A stretch of DNA of 64,000 nucleotides, from assembly GCA_036675025.1 (NCBI GenBank), contig JAKFFN010000055.1, positions 10,752 through 74,751 on the forward strand. The letters are read 5' to 3'. The position numbers were made by a program, and so were the translations under genes. Source of the stretch: Candidatus Sumerlaeales bacterium. Lineage in GTDB: Bacteria; Sumerlaeota; Sumerlaeia; Sumerlaeales; Sumerlaeaceae. The notes beneath the pieces were generated by a model. That model saw only the letters and a program-made list of their open reading frames with translations. It made no database searches and was not told the DNA's origin. Positions 10,472 to 20,336 of the stretch are shown here, in pieces (position 1 is the first letter of the stretch; each line of letters opens with the position of its first letter).

Positions 10472-11602
10472 CTACTTTACAACTGCCCAACGCCTTGAAG
10501 TCGCACTTCGTTCCACCGCATCCAGAACCTGCTGGCATCTGAGTCCATCATTCATATCCGGGAAGACCTGCTTGCGCCTGCCCAATCCATCCAGGAAATC
10601 GTGGATGGTGTTTACGAACGTGTGCTGATAACCGATAATGTGCCCCGGAGGCCACCAGCCCTCCATATAGGGATGAACCGGCTCGGTCACCATTATTTTA
10701 CGAAATCCCTGGGTTTTGTCAGAGTCTTTAGCAGACCAGAATTGCAGATGATTCATATCATCGAAGCTAAATATCAAACTGCCTTTTGACCCATAGATCT
10801 CGAACCCGTTCGCGTTCTTCCGCCCGCGCGCAAATCGAGTGGCTTCAAAAGTCCCTACCGCCCCATTCTCGAAGTTAGCCAGCCAGGAAACAGCATCATC
10901 CACGGTAACATTGCCCATTTTCTTAGAGCCAGGTTCTACAGGTCGCTTTTCTATAAATGTCTTCATCGAGGCACTGACTTCCAGTATCTCACCAACCAGG
11001 AACCGTGCGAGATCAGTAATGTGGCTGCCCAAATCCCCGAGGGCGCCGCTGCCGGTAAGCTTCTTGTCCAGCCGCCATACCATAGGAAAATTCGGGTCGG
11101 CAATCCAGTCCTGGAGGTACTGCGCGCGGAAGTGGTAAACCGTACCTATTTCACCCGCATCGATGAGCTGCTTCGCTAGGGCGACAGCCGGAATACGGCG
11201 ATAGTTAAACATAACAAGGCTCGATACATCTGCCTTGTTAACCGCATCAGTCATTGCCCTGGCCTCTTTCAGGGTATTTCCGATAGGTTTTTCGCAGATG
11301 ATATGTTTCCCTGCTTTTGCGGCTGCAATTACCTGCTCCTTGTGGGCCCACCCCGGTGTACACACATCCACAATATCAATATCAGGGCGATTGATGAGCT
11401 GCATGGCGTCAGTTTCATAAGATTCCCAGCCGAACTGCTCGGCAGCCTGCTTTACAGCCCCTTCATTTCGTCCGCAAATAGCTTTCATTACAGGCTTTAC
11501 CTTTACGTCTGGAAAATAACGGGCAACATCGCGATAGGCAGCGGAGTGGGCTTTTCCCATAAATGCATAGCCTATCATGCCGATGTTGAGGGTTTTTGCC
11601 AT
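10472..11602 (-). CDS. Gfo/Idh/MocA family NAD(P)-dependent oxidoreductase
   Basis: 'IGMIGYAFMGKAHS' Rossmann N-terminus and an 'EKP' catalytic-region motif ('IICEKPIG'). 376 aa. Confidence 0.85.
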   Translation of the reverse strand: MAKTLNIGMIGYAFMGKAHSAAYRDVARYFPDVKVKPVMKAICGRNEGAVKQAAEQFGWESYETDAMQLINRPDIDIVDVCTPGWAHKEQVIAAAKAGKHIICEKPIGNTLKEARAMTDAVNKADVSSLVMFNYRRIPAVALAKQLIDAGEIGTVYHFRAQYLQDWIADPNFPMVWRLDKKLTGSGALGDLGSHITDLARFLVGEILEVSASMKTFIEKRPVEPGSKKMGNVTVDDAVSWLANFENGAVGTFEATRFARGRKNANGFEIYGSKGSLIFSFDDMNHLQFWSAKDSDKTQGFRKIMVTEPVHPYMEGWWPPGHIIGYQHTFVNTIHDFLDGLGRRKQVFPDMNDGLRCQQVLDAVERSATSRRWAVVK

Positions 11603-11796
11603 ATCAGTAACCTTTAAAGTGGGAGTGTCTGGTTCGGATAGACCGTGCGAACGTGCACAGACGTCGGCAAGAAAAACCTTTGTTTTTCTCCGGAAGGAAA
11701 AAGCTGCCGATGATTACTTGTAGCGTGTTTATGCTTGCCGAGCAGGTTAGCAGACCCGCAAGTAGGTCCACAATGTAGTAATAGGTTTGGAATCAG

Positions 11797-14700
11797 TTGG
11801 ATTTTGTCCATCTTCACGTACACAGTCACTATTCGCCCGATGGAGTAGCATCCGTTCGCGAACTGGTGCGTTACGCCGAGCGCCTGGGAATGCGGGCGCT
11901 CGCCCTGACGGACCAGGACACTCTCGCCGGTATCCCCGGTTTTTGCGCCGCCTGTCGGGATTTTGGTATACGCCCGGTTATCGGGTGTGATCTTACTATT
12001 GTTCCCATTGCACACGGAACAATAACTCCGGATAGACCTTTTCGTATCGTACTTCTCGCGGAAACCGAGGCTGGGTACCGTAATCTGGTAAGCCTGGTAA
12101 ATCTGGCGCATTCCCATTCAAGGCGTGTTAGAATTGACCTCGACGCGCTGGAAAAGTACTCGGGCGGGCTGATCGCCATGACGGGCAGTTCCTCTTCAGA
12201 ACTTTATCAACTGCTGCTAAACAACCGTATTGAGGAGACCGAGAACTACATCAGGAAACTTGCCAGAATTTTTGGACGGGAAAACCTGGTGTTTCAGCTG
12301 GAAGATGTGGAATCATCGCGACAAAAGCAGATTAACGACCGTACGTTTGCTCTAAGCGACTTCTTAGGCGTAAGAACAGTGGCTACCAATGCGGTTGCCT
12401 TCCTTCGGCCGGAAGACAGTCTTGCCCGCGATTTCCTGCTGCGAGGACGTTTCCCAAGTTTTCTCCAGTTCCAGGCAGCGCGTGAAACTGCTCACTCGCA
12501 GCATTTGGCCAGCGGCATGCAAATGCGCGACAGGTTTATGAAGTATCCCCGTGCCCTGTATGCCACAGAAGAATTGGCAGATCGCTGTTCTTTCCAGCCG
12601 AATTACCAGAAACGCCGTTTCCCTGTACATGATTTTGTGAGAGGCTTCGATGCCGACAGCTTCCTTTGGGACCTCACATTTCGGGAGGCGCGGGCCAAGT
12701 TCGTTGAGCTTTCTTCCGAAATGAAGAACCGCCTCAATGAAGAATTCGACTATATTAAGAGCCACGGGCTTTCAAACAACATGCTGCTGCTTTGGAACAT
12801 CGCGCAGTTTGTCAGGAAAAACAAAATCAGCGTCGGCGTAGGCCGCGGTGATATGATCACCAGCCTCGTGGCCTACATCCTTGGAATTACGCGAATCAAC
12901 CCATTGGATTACAAAATGCGATTCCTGGGTTTTAGCCGTGATAACCAAGGCGAGCCCGCTCTTTCTGTGGAGATGCCCGTTCGGCACATTGAAGCTCTCC
13001 ATGAGTTTATGCGAGGCACATTTGGATCAGATTTCTGCAGCGCTGTAGGCAAGTACACATGGTATCAGCGCCAGGGCCTTGGCCGAGATGTTCGGGCATG
13101 GCTGTATGCCAAGCCGGGACGCGTTGATCATGATTCCGAACTTCAGGAGAATCGAAACCTCAATGTCGACTCTCCCATTGAGGACTTTTTTCCCGGCAAG
13201 GTAGACGGCGTGGCCCTTCCCAGTGCCGAGTTTGAGAATTTCCTGCTATCGCGCCTCTTGCCGCGCCCGAAAGAACTTGTCCTGGATGAAAACCAGTTTG
13301 CGATTTCCTCGGAAAACTTAAACCATCTGACGCCGCGAGTGCCTGTAGATGATCAGTTTGTCACCCAGATGGACGGTCAGGCATTCGACCTGTTTCATAT
13401 TCCTCGTATAACTGTCATTACTGACCCCGTTTTAAACATACTTGATTCCGCGTCTACATGGGTACGAAAAGAGGAAAACGCAGCCTTTGATTCAGACCGC
13501 ATTCCCATGGATGACGAAGCAACTTATGAACTTCTCAGCAGAGGGCTTACTAACGGCATCGAGCCTTTCAGCAGCATTACGTTAAAAAGTCTTCTCCGGG
13601 CCCATCGTCCTAAGAACTTTATGGAGCTCCTTAAAGTAAAAGGTATGGAACGGGCGCCGAATAATGAAGGCAAAGGTGACGTCCGTGAGCATGTGCCGGA
13701 ATGTTTGCTGACCTACCGGTGCGCTTATATTAAGGCACATTATCCCATGAGCTTCATGGCGGCCCTATTGACCCACACCTTCAGGAACCGTCGCAAGTTT
13801 ACAGTTATCCTGCGAGAAGCCAAGCAGATGGGTCTGAAAATTCTGCCGCCGGACATCAACCTGAGCGTGTATGAGTTCAGTCAGGTCCATAAGGCAATCC
13901 GTACAGGTCTTTTAGTTGTAACTGGCATGGGGCCAAAGGCCTACGCAGAACTGCATGATACGCGCAAAGGCGGCGATTTCAATGATCTTATGGATCTAAT
14001 CCGGCGAACTGATTCAAAGCTCATCAACACGCGGCTTTTGAGTAACCTTGTGAAAGTAGGGGCGTTGGATGGCTTCGGATATAAGCGGAGCCAGATGCTG
14101 CATATTATAGAGCACGACGTGGAAGCGGCCCGCCGCAATGCCGGATCGCCCAGCCTGTTTGACGAGCAGGATGATCGGCCACAAACGATCGTTGCCATTG
14201 ATCCGCCCGATGCACCCGAAATGCCATTGCAGGAGATAATCCGTAACGAGATAGCTGCAGCCGGATATTGTATTGGATTTGATCAGTTGCTGCTCTATAA
14301 AGATCTTGTAGACAAATGCCGGGCACTGGCCCCTGGCGACCTCGTGCCACGTATGGTCGGTCGCGAAGTCCATGTGGCTGGGTTTCTCGATCATGTTGAA
14401 AGCGACAGCCCGCTTGTAGAGGAGAAAGAACATATTCTTCTCGACCTGGAAGGCCACGTAGTGACCATGCCTATCAAGATCAGTAGACTTTACGACCAGG
14501 CCTTACACGCGAGTGCGCCTGTGCTTATTGGCGGGACAGTACACCGGCGGAAAGATGAGGTTTATGTAAAAGGTGTGACAGCCTTTACCCTTCGAATGGT
14601 ACAGGAAATGAGTCAGCATGTTAAGGGGCTTGAACTGGATCTGTCCGGCGAAGATGCACGAACTGTTCGCTTAATAAAGGGCCTGGTAAGTCATTACCGC

Positions 14701-14979
14701 GGACAGGGGACAGCTATTACTCTTCAAAATGTGCCCGACGGTACATTTTCTAAATGGTACGCCAGGAGTATCGAGAAGACCCTGGTGTTTTTTAGCCCAC
14801 CGTTCTATTACGCTCTGAAAAAGATATTGCCCGAGCAGCGCATTCGAATTGTAGCAGAAGAGGAAATGGATCCGTCGCTGCTTCACGCCTTGTCTCCATT
14901 GCGGTATGAAATGCCGGAGGGAGCCACTCGCAAACGTCGCTTTGAGGAAGATGAGACTCACATTGTCGATGTGTACTGA
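11797..14979 (+). CDS. DnaE-like (DNA pol III alpha family) protein with degenerate polymerase motifs
   Basis: TTG start. PHP N-terminus 'FVHLHVHSHYS', thumb/palm remnant 'GVGRGDMITSLVAYILGIT', HhH-like 'LLSNLVKVGALDGFG', a clamp-motif-like 'SPSLFD' and an OB-like C-terminus. The catalytic Asp motifs and finger motifs were not found (see findings). Confidence 0.8.
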   Translation: MDFVHLHVHSHYSPDGVASVRELVRYAERLGMRALALTDQDTLAGIPGFCAACRDFGIRPVIGCDLTIVPIAHGTITPDRPFRIVLLAETEAGYRNLVSLVNLAHSHSRRVRIDLDALEKYSGGLIAMTGSSSSELYQLLLNNRIEETENYIRKLARIFGRENLVFQLEDVESSRQKQINDRTFALSDFLGVRTVATNAVAFLRPEDSLARDFLLRGRFPSFLQFQAARETAHSQHLASGMQMRDRFMKYPRALYATEELADRCSFQPNYQKRRFPVHDFVRGFDADSFLWDLTFREARAKFVELSSEMKNRLNEEFDYIKSHGLSNNMLLLWNIAQFVRKNKISVGVGRGDMITSLVAYILGITRINPLDYKMRFLGFSRDNQGEPALSVEMPVRHIEALHEFMRGTFGSDFCSAVGKYTWYQRQGLGRDVRAWLYAKPGRVDHDSELQENRNLNVDSPIEDFFPGKVDGVALPSAEFENFLLSRLLPRPKELVLDENQFAISSENLNHLTPRVPVDDQFVTQMDGQAFDLFHIPRITVITDPVLNILDSASTWVRKEENAAFDSDRIPMDDEATYELLSRGLTNGIEPFSSITLKSLLRAHRPKNFMELLKVKGMERAPNNEGKGDVREHVPECLLTYRCAYIKAHYPMSFMAALLTHTFRNRRKFTVILREAKQMGLKILPPDINLSVYEFSQVHKAIRTGLLVVTGMGPKAYAELHDTRKGGDFNDLMDLIRRTDSKLINTRLLSNLVKVGALDGFGYKRSQMLHIIEHDVEAARRNAGSPSLFDEQDDRPQTIVAIDPPDAPEMPLQEIIRNEIAAAGYCIGFDQLLLYKDLVDKCRALAPGDLVPRMVGREVHVAGFLDHVESDSPLVEEKEHILLDLEGHVVTMPIKISRLYDQALHASAPVLIGGTVHRRKDEVYVKGVTAFTLRMVQEMSQHVKGLELDLSGEDARTVRLIKGLVSHYRGQGTAITLQNVPDGTFSKWYARSIEKTLVFFSPPFYYALKKILPEQRIRIVAEEEMDPSLLHALSPLRYEMPEGATRKRRFEEDETHIVDVY

Positions 14980-15323
14980 CTTGACGATTCCTGCAGCTAC
15001 CTGCGGCAGTTAATCAGGAATGTTAGTCCAGGGATCTTCAACCGTAAGGGTTCCCGCATAGAAGATTTCCCGTTCCAAGGCTTCAGCGCAGAGAACCATC
15101 TCTATGCAGGGCGCTTCGTACCTTGTATCGACCATCTGATCAGCTGTCGGCAAAATCCGACTTTCCACGGGAATTGGCTCCTTGGTGCGATTCACTTTAG
15201 ATGTAACTCCATAGATGGCAACGTGTGTCAACGGTTATTCGCCAATTTATTAGTTATGCACTGTTATTGTGCGATATTAACATATTAGCAGCTTATAGCA
15301 AAAGGACGATAGAAAAAATCAGG

Positions 15324-15410
15324 TGGTGCCGGGACCGGGAATCGAACCCGGATGGCCGTGAGGCCGAGGGATTTTAAGTCCCTTGCGTCTGCCAATTTCG
15401 CCATCCCGGC
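15324..15410 (-). tRNA. tRNA-Leu (anticodon UAA), long variable arm
   Basis: Reverse complement: GCCGGGA acceptor stem, anticodon arm AGGGA-CTTAAAA-TCCCT, a long variable arm, T-arm CCGGG-TTCGATT-CCCGG, encoded CCA. Confidence 0.92.
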
Positions 15411-15497
15411 AGCTGCCAAAAAGCATTTTCTATTACGCTACAGGTCTCTGCAAATTCCCCGCCTGAAAACAAAGCCGCGAATGATGGGAAATTATCC

Positions 15498-15917
15498 TCA
15501 ATCGTTTATATCGACAACGTCGACATCTGCTGCTCTAAGCAGCGCTTCGGCTTTCGATGGCGATTGAACACCGAATATAACGAGTTGCGTTCTAGTGGAC
15601 TTGCCGGAGCAGGTATAGATATAATCCACGTTCAGGCGCGCATCGGAAAGAATCCTCAGTGCATTATCAAGTGTGCCCGGCTCGTCAAAAAGTTTCATCG
15701 CAACCGCCTCACCGATGTCTACGGTAAACCCGCAATCCTCGAGCGCTTCTGCAGCTACCTTGGCATTATCAACTACCAGGCGCACCCAACCTATTTTCCC
15801 TGTACTTGATGCCGCAATCCCCCGGATATTAATGTTGGATTCTGCCAGGATTGCAGTAACCTGCGTTAATTGCCCCGGTATATTCTTCAGCTGAACCGAC
15901 AGTTCAGGTACCGACAT
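15498..15917 (-). CDS. tandem ACT-domain protein
   Basis: 139 aa with two 'ferredoxin-like' ACT repeats ('LSVQLKNIPGQLTQVTAILAESNINI', 'AMKLFDEPGTLDNALRILSDARLNV'). Confidence 0.7.
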   Translation of the reverse strand: MSVPELSVQLKNIPGQLTQVTAILAESNINIRGIAASSTGKIGWVRLVVDNAKVAAEALEDCGFTVDIGEAVAMKLFDEPGTLDNALRILSDARLNVDYIYTCSGKSTRTQLVIFGVQSPSKAEALLRAADVDVVDIND

Positions 15918-16129
15918 CGTTTGTCTCCCGCGAATGATACGAGATTCCGCGTGGTCAACGTGAGAAACACAAGCGAAATCTACAGCGTACGGCGGTGGAA
16001 GCTAAGCCTTGGGCAGGAGGTAATATGTGGATTTTACCTTAGACCGATAATTATTAATTGAGTTTGGCATAACTTAAGTGATCAACTTTATAAGTAAACA
16101 AGACCATTTTCTCATTAGGAGAAACATCA

Positions 16130-16426
16130 ATGAAAGTCGCACTTGAACTTGGAGAAGTTTTAGACGTTGCGCTAGTTGAAGGTGACCGAATAATCGGTAC
16201 TTTAAGTCTGGAGCTTAAAGGACTTTCCGGTTCTTCTTCGCGTACGGTAGGTCGCCCTAGTGGCGCATCCGCAAAAACAGCGTCAACTGCCGCTGATTCC
16301 GCGGTTACAGGCCGTCGGCGCAAACGTAAGCCTATGTCTGATGAGGCACGTAAGCGGATGGCCGAAGCACAACGCAAACGGTGGGAAAAGTCCCGGTCCT
16401 CTGACGGGGAACCAACTAACGAGTAA
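16130..16426 (+). CDS. small hypothetical protein with basic C-terminal helix
   Basis: Strong AGGAG 8 nt upstream of the ATG and a terminator downstream. The C-terminus is 'GRRRKRKPMSDEARKRMAEAQRKRWEK'. Confidence 0.6.
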   Translation: MKVALELGEVLDVALVEGDRIIGTLSLELKGLSGSSSRTVGRPSGASAKTASTAADSAVTGRRRKRKPMSDEARKRMAEAQRKRWEKSRSSDGEPTNE

Positions 16427-16437
16427 CTCCAACTGCT

Positions 16438-16481
16438 TAAAAAGAAAAACAGCCGGCCTAAACAGCCGGCTGTTTTCATTT
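16438..16481. terminator. bidirectional rho-independent terminator
   Basis: CAGCCGGC-ctaaaca-GCCGGCTG hairpin flanked by an A-run upstream and TTTTCATTT downstream. It lies between convergent genes. Confidence 0.8.
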
Positions 16482-16491
16482 ACGCCCCCTT

Positions 16492-18186
16492 TTATGCCCC
16501 AGTTGGAAAAAACAATATTGCCGATAAAATGAGTCCTAATACGACGAGAGCTAAACTATAGAAAAACAACTTAAATAGCAGCGCGTTTATATCCAGCTTT
16601 AAGAAACCACAAATCCACACGTTTTGAGTAGTCGTGGGATCTTGCAGCATACTGACGGAATGAAGCGCACCCATCGTAGCTGCTGGCGGCATAAAGTTCT
16701 GCATCAACTTAGCGACACCTACACCAAGACCAAAGGAATTCAGTGGCCCACGATAAAGTGAGAGGGGAGCCGCGAGTAGGAAAAAGATGATATATCCCAT
16801 TTGAGTAGTGGGGATAACTCGTGCCAGAACAGGCGTCAGAATACTTTCTACCATTGGATGCGTTGCAGCAGCTATTAGCATTCCAATACCAACCATCAGT
16901 ATCACAGGCGCAGCCACGTCAGCTACGCCATTCATTATTGAGCGGCCAAGTTTCTGAAGCGCTTGCGGGTCCGGAGTAGTAAGCACACCGTAGGCAAGTG
17001 ACGCCATAAAGGCAGGTATAAAAGCCTCGCCGAAGCCAAGGCCAAGGAGAAACAGCAGCGGCAATATAGGCGTAAGCAGCGTCCACCCGTCCAATATCTT
17101 GTTTTTTACATGATAGTTAAACTGTACTACGATGATGCCGATAACGAGTATTGCCCACGCTACCCACTTAAGGCCGGCGCTGATATTATCTTTAGCTACT
17201 ACCATGGAATGAAATACCGCCCGGCCGGAACTCGGAATCAGAGGCTCAAACTTGTCAAAAAATACAAATAGCATTAGGACAGCAGCTACCAGCGCAAAGC
17301 GGCCTAGCGACGCTGCAATGCTGCGTCCCGACAGGTTAATGCGCTTCATGCGGAGGAACTCGATTGTCAGGAAAGTAACGAGGACAATTACCTGCAATGA
17401 AGCCCAAATGAGAGAGTAGGCTCTGACCCGGGAAACTGATACAGAAAAGACCTCGGATACCCGTGCCCACTCTGCAGGGTTTAACGCAGCGCCAATGGGA
17501 AACGCCAGAAGTAATATACTGCCGCACACCGGAGCTGGTACCCCCAATGACAGCAAAATCGGAAACATCACAGTACCCAGCATAATGATCATCGGCAGGC
17601 CGCCCGCCGCCGTAAAAATCAGTATGGTGATGGCTGACATAAGCAGCGCGACGTTAAACGGATTCTCCCCACCGTATTCCGCTGCGTATTTTACAATGCG
17701 CTCGGCGATTCTGGCATCGCTGATAAACCGTGCAAAAATGCCGCCGAAAAGCACCCAGATGATTGCCTTGTAAAGCTGGAAACTGCCAGACGGGGCAGGC
17801 GAAGTTTTGCCCTCAAGTATGGCCTGCAGTATGCCGTCAGGGCCACGGAACGGGACACCAGCAACCATTCCAATACCTAAGGCCATCAGGGGCAGTGCAA
17901 GCATGGCCGGTAGTTTTCGCGTAGCGATAGCGACTGCAATGATTACGAAAAGCACAAAGATCAGAGCCGAACGCGTAGCTTGTTCCGTGGTTATAGGCTC
18001 TGACAGAAACTGCTCGGCAATTTTCTCATAATCTACTTCAACGGGTGCACTGCCGGATGTGACTTCCTGCGCGGTAGTTGTTAATGGCTCTGTGGTCTGG
18101 GCAAATAATGAGGCCCCACTGGTGACTACGAAGAACAGAAGTAATAGGGGAGAAATCAGTTTAAGTAGATGAAATTTTAAGGGCAT
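16492..18186 (-). CDS. polytopic membrane transporter (ion-transporter-superfamily-like; family unresolved)
   Basis: More than 12 hydrophobic segments and an N-terminal signal-like 'MPLKFHLLKLISPLLLLFFVVTSGASLFAQ'. Start chosen at that Met rather than the longer ORF. Confidence 0.55.
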   Translation of the reverse strand: MPLKFHLLKLISPLLLLFFVVTSGASLFAQTTEPLTTTAQEVTSGSAPVEVDYEKIAEQFLSEPITTEQATRSALIFVLFVIIAVAIATRKLPAMLALPLMALGIGMVAGVPFRGPDGILQAILEGKTSPAPSGSFQLYKAIIWVLFGGIFARFISDARIAERIVKYAAEYGGENPFNVALLMSAITILIFTAAGGLPMIIMLGTVMFPILLSLGVPAPVCGSILLLAFPIGAALNPAEWARVSEVFSVSVSRVRAYSLIWASLQVIVLVTFLTIEFLRMKRINLSGRSIAASLGRFALVAAVLMLFVFFDKFEPLIPSSGRAVFHSMVVAKDNISAGLKWVAWAILVIGIIVVQFNYHVKNKILDGWTLLTPILPLLFLLGLGFGEAFIPAFMASLAYGVLTTPDPQALQKLGRSIMNGVADVAAPVILMVGIGMLIAAATHPMVESILTPVLARVIPTTQMGYIIFFLLAAPLSLYRGPLNSFGLGVGVAKLMQNFMPPAATMGALHSVSMLQDPTTTQNVWICGFLKLDINALLFKLFFYSLALVVLGLILSAILFFPTGA

Positions 18187-18264
18187 GGAATCTTTCCAAT
18201 TTAAGGCTGGTGGGGTTCTGCGGGGCGAGAACCTGCGAGTCAAGCAAAGCGTTGCACTGTTGCG

Positions 18265-19635
18265 CTACCTGAGGGAGAGGACCTGCCCGACGGCAAATGC
18301 TGCTTCCAGAGATAAAATGGTAAACGCCCACGCCCTCGAGAAATTCCTCATTCCGTACGCGGCAAAAACTATCAGGATAAATTCCAGGGAAAATCTCTGT
18401 CTGGATGCCTCCCCCTGGTAAACTGCTGACAAAAAAATGAGAGCTGACAGCCCCAACACTGCAAGAGGGACAACGGCCGCGGAAATGTTTTTTCTCACAA
18501 CTTGATAGAGCCCGGCAAATGCCAATGGATAAATCAGTAAATAGAAGTACCACATGCCAGGATACATGCCGTACATCGGAGTGGGTTCTGGAAGAATGAG
18601 CCATGCATACGGCGCGAGGAAAAGCCTTGGAATGCCTGCGGCCATTCCAAGCAGTAGCTGCGAGGGCGTTCCAATGTCTGGGGGCGCCAATGCCAGAAAG
18701 CTATCACGGAGTTGTCTAAATATGGCGTTGCCGCCGGTAGTATAGGCGCCAATGAGCACAAGGAATAAGGCGCCGATTGCTGCACTCCGGATCAAAATCT
18801 TTCGCTTTAGCCGCATAAAGGGGAGCAGTGCTGCCCCTGCTACGACGCCCATCGCTGTGTAAGCCCGAACGGTAAACATATAAGGGAGAACAAAGAGCGC
18901 TCCCACTGCAAGGCGGGTGCTTTTTCTGCGGTACGCGCCCAGCACCAGTGTAAGGCCCGCTAGAAACACGAACGCTACATAGGTATCCTTCATTAAATAT
19001 GACGCCCAATAGAACTGTGTAGGGTGCAAGGCGGCCAGAATGCCCGCAATAAGTCCGTAGTCGCTTCGCAAGGTATCCGCTCCACCTTCTGAATCCGGGC
19101 TCCACAAGTAGCGGCTGATAAGGGCGCAAAAAAGTGGGAAGCAGGCAGCGCATACCGCATTAAGCAAAAGTCCGCAAATTGTGGATGAGCCAAAGATCAG
19201 GAACAGCGTACTGAGCGGGCGATGATAACCCGTGTGGAGGGTGCCAAGGTAAGGCGGTGAGCCCTTTAGTCCTATCTCAGGGTATTCGCCAGCGCCCCAT
19301 GCACCGGCTATGGCTTTGGCTTCTCGAAAGTAATTGTGGTCATCCTTCCAGTAGGTACCAAACACGGAGGCATCATAAAAATGGGATCTTCCTAATGCCC
19401 AGCCCACGTGGAGAACCAGCATAACCAGGCATACTAGCAGTATCCGCCGCCCCACCGGCGATCTTAGGTAACTAGATTCAGCCCGGACAATAGCAAATGC
19501 CGGTAGAGCCAGCATGGTGATCCAGAAGAACCAGGGCGCTATACCATGAGTTAGCACCGCTGCAAGCCCCCACAGCACGGTGGCTGCAGTCTCGATGTGT
19601 TTCTGTAGGTTAAGCTGGCGTATTAGGGGGTTCAT
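18265..19635 (-). CDS. polytopic membrane protein (possible GT-C-type glycosyltransferase or polymerase)
   Basis: About 12 TM segments with aromatic-rich loops. There is no soluble domain. The start is uncertain (19635 or 19689). Confidence 0.5.
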   Translation of the reverse strand: MNPLIRQLNLQKHIETAATVLWGLAAVLTHGIAPWFFWITMLALPAFAIVRAESSYLRSPVGRRILLVCLVMLVLHVGWALGRSHFYDASVFGTYWKDDHNYFREAKAIAGAWGAGEYPEIGLKGSPPYLGTLHTGYHRPLSTLFLIFGSSTICGLLLNAVCAACFPLFCALISRYLWSPDSEGGADTLRSDYGLIAGILAALHPTQFYWASYLMKDTYVAFVFLAGLTLVLGAYRRKSTRLAVGALFVLPYMFTVRAYTAMGVVAGAALLPFMRLKRKILIRSAAIGALFLVLIGAYTTGGNAIFRQLRDSFLALAPPDIGTPSQLLLGMAAGIPRLFLAPYAWLILPEPTPMYGMYPGMWYFYLLIYPLAFAGLYQVVRKNISAAVVPLAVLGLSALIFLSAVYQGEASRQRFSLEFILIVFAAYGMRNFSRAWAFTILSLEAAFAVGQVLSLR

Positions 19636-19721
19636 GAAGTTGGCAAAGGCAAAAAATATGCGGCAGCTTGAGTAGTCAAGCTGCCGCATACGATCTTAGC
19701 AGAAGTTATGTGAAAGAGAAA

Positions 19722-20264
19722 TCAGAGAGGAGTGCTCGCGCTCTTTTTGCGAGCTTCGCGGTCTTTCATCACTTTTTTCTTATACATCGTCTTCAGAGAT
19801 TCCTGGATGTCATCAGTTACCTTGTTTTTTGAGTCGGCGCTGATATAGGTTATTTCGTCCAGCAGGAACTTCTTGGCCTGCTCCATAATCTCACGCTCCT
19901 TGCCCTTCAGCTCGTTTGTCTGATCAAGGGTATAGAGATCACGAAGAAGTTTGCTGATTTTGTTCGGGTCGCCGCTGTTCATGATCTCGCGGTACGCACT
20001 GTACTGCATGCGCGCGTCGTTACGGTTAGGCGAAGTCGGCTGCTTCAAAAGGCTCATCACCTTCTTCGCATCTTCTTTGCTCATAGGCTTCCGCACACCA
20101 CGCTTCTCAATCTGGTTTTTCGGAACAAGCACCGTGGCATTATTCTGCGCGTGAAAGACGTAATAATCCTGCGTCTGCTTATCAACAGTGATACGCCGGA
20201 TTCCCTCCACATTGCAGATGCCAATGCTGGGTTCTACGACCACATCGCCAATCTTGAATTCCAT
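19722..20264 (-). CDS. carD: CarD/CdnL family RNA-polymerase-binding transcription factor
   Basis: 'FKIGDVVVEPSIGICNVEGI...DYYVF' Tudor-like RNAP-interaction domain followed by a helical C-terminal domain. 180 aa. Confidence 0.85.
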   Translation of the reverse strand: MEFKIGDVVVEPSIGICNVEGIRRITVDKQTQDYYVFHAQNNATVLVPKNQIEKRGVRKPMSKEDAKKVMSLLKQPTSPNRNDARMQYSAYREIMNSGDPNKISKLLRDLYTLDQTNELKGKEREIMEQAKKFLLDEITYISADSKNKVTDDIQESLKTMYKKKVMKDREARKKSASTPL

Positions 20265-20302
20265 GTTTGTTCCGAGGCCTTTCTTAGTTAATCAGGTCTA
20301 AC

Positions 20303-20328
20303 CGATTTCGGTTATACAGCCGAAATCG
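20303..20328 (-). promoter_or_regulatory. 9-bp stem hairpin between rsfS stop and carD start
   Basis: CGATTTCGG-ttatacag-CCGAAATCG with no U-tract. It may be a processing or attenuation element. Confidence 0.25.
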
Positions 20329-20336
20329 CGGAGTAA

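Noticed and set aside
15010-15231. 73-aa minus-strand ORF between the DnaE-like gene and tRNA-Leu
   Set aside because: It has a TTG start without an RBS and no recognisable family. It could be real but cannot be supported from the sequence alone.
16054-16479. 141-aa minus-strand ORF opposite the 98-aa gene
   Set aside because: It has no RBS and runs through the bidirectional terminator. The plus-strand ORF has a strong AGGAG and a proper terminator.
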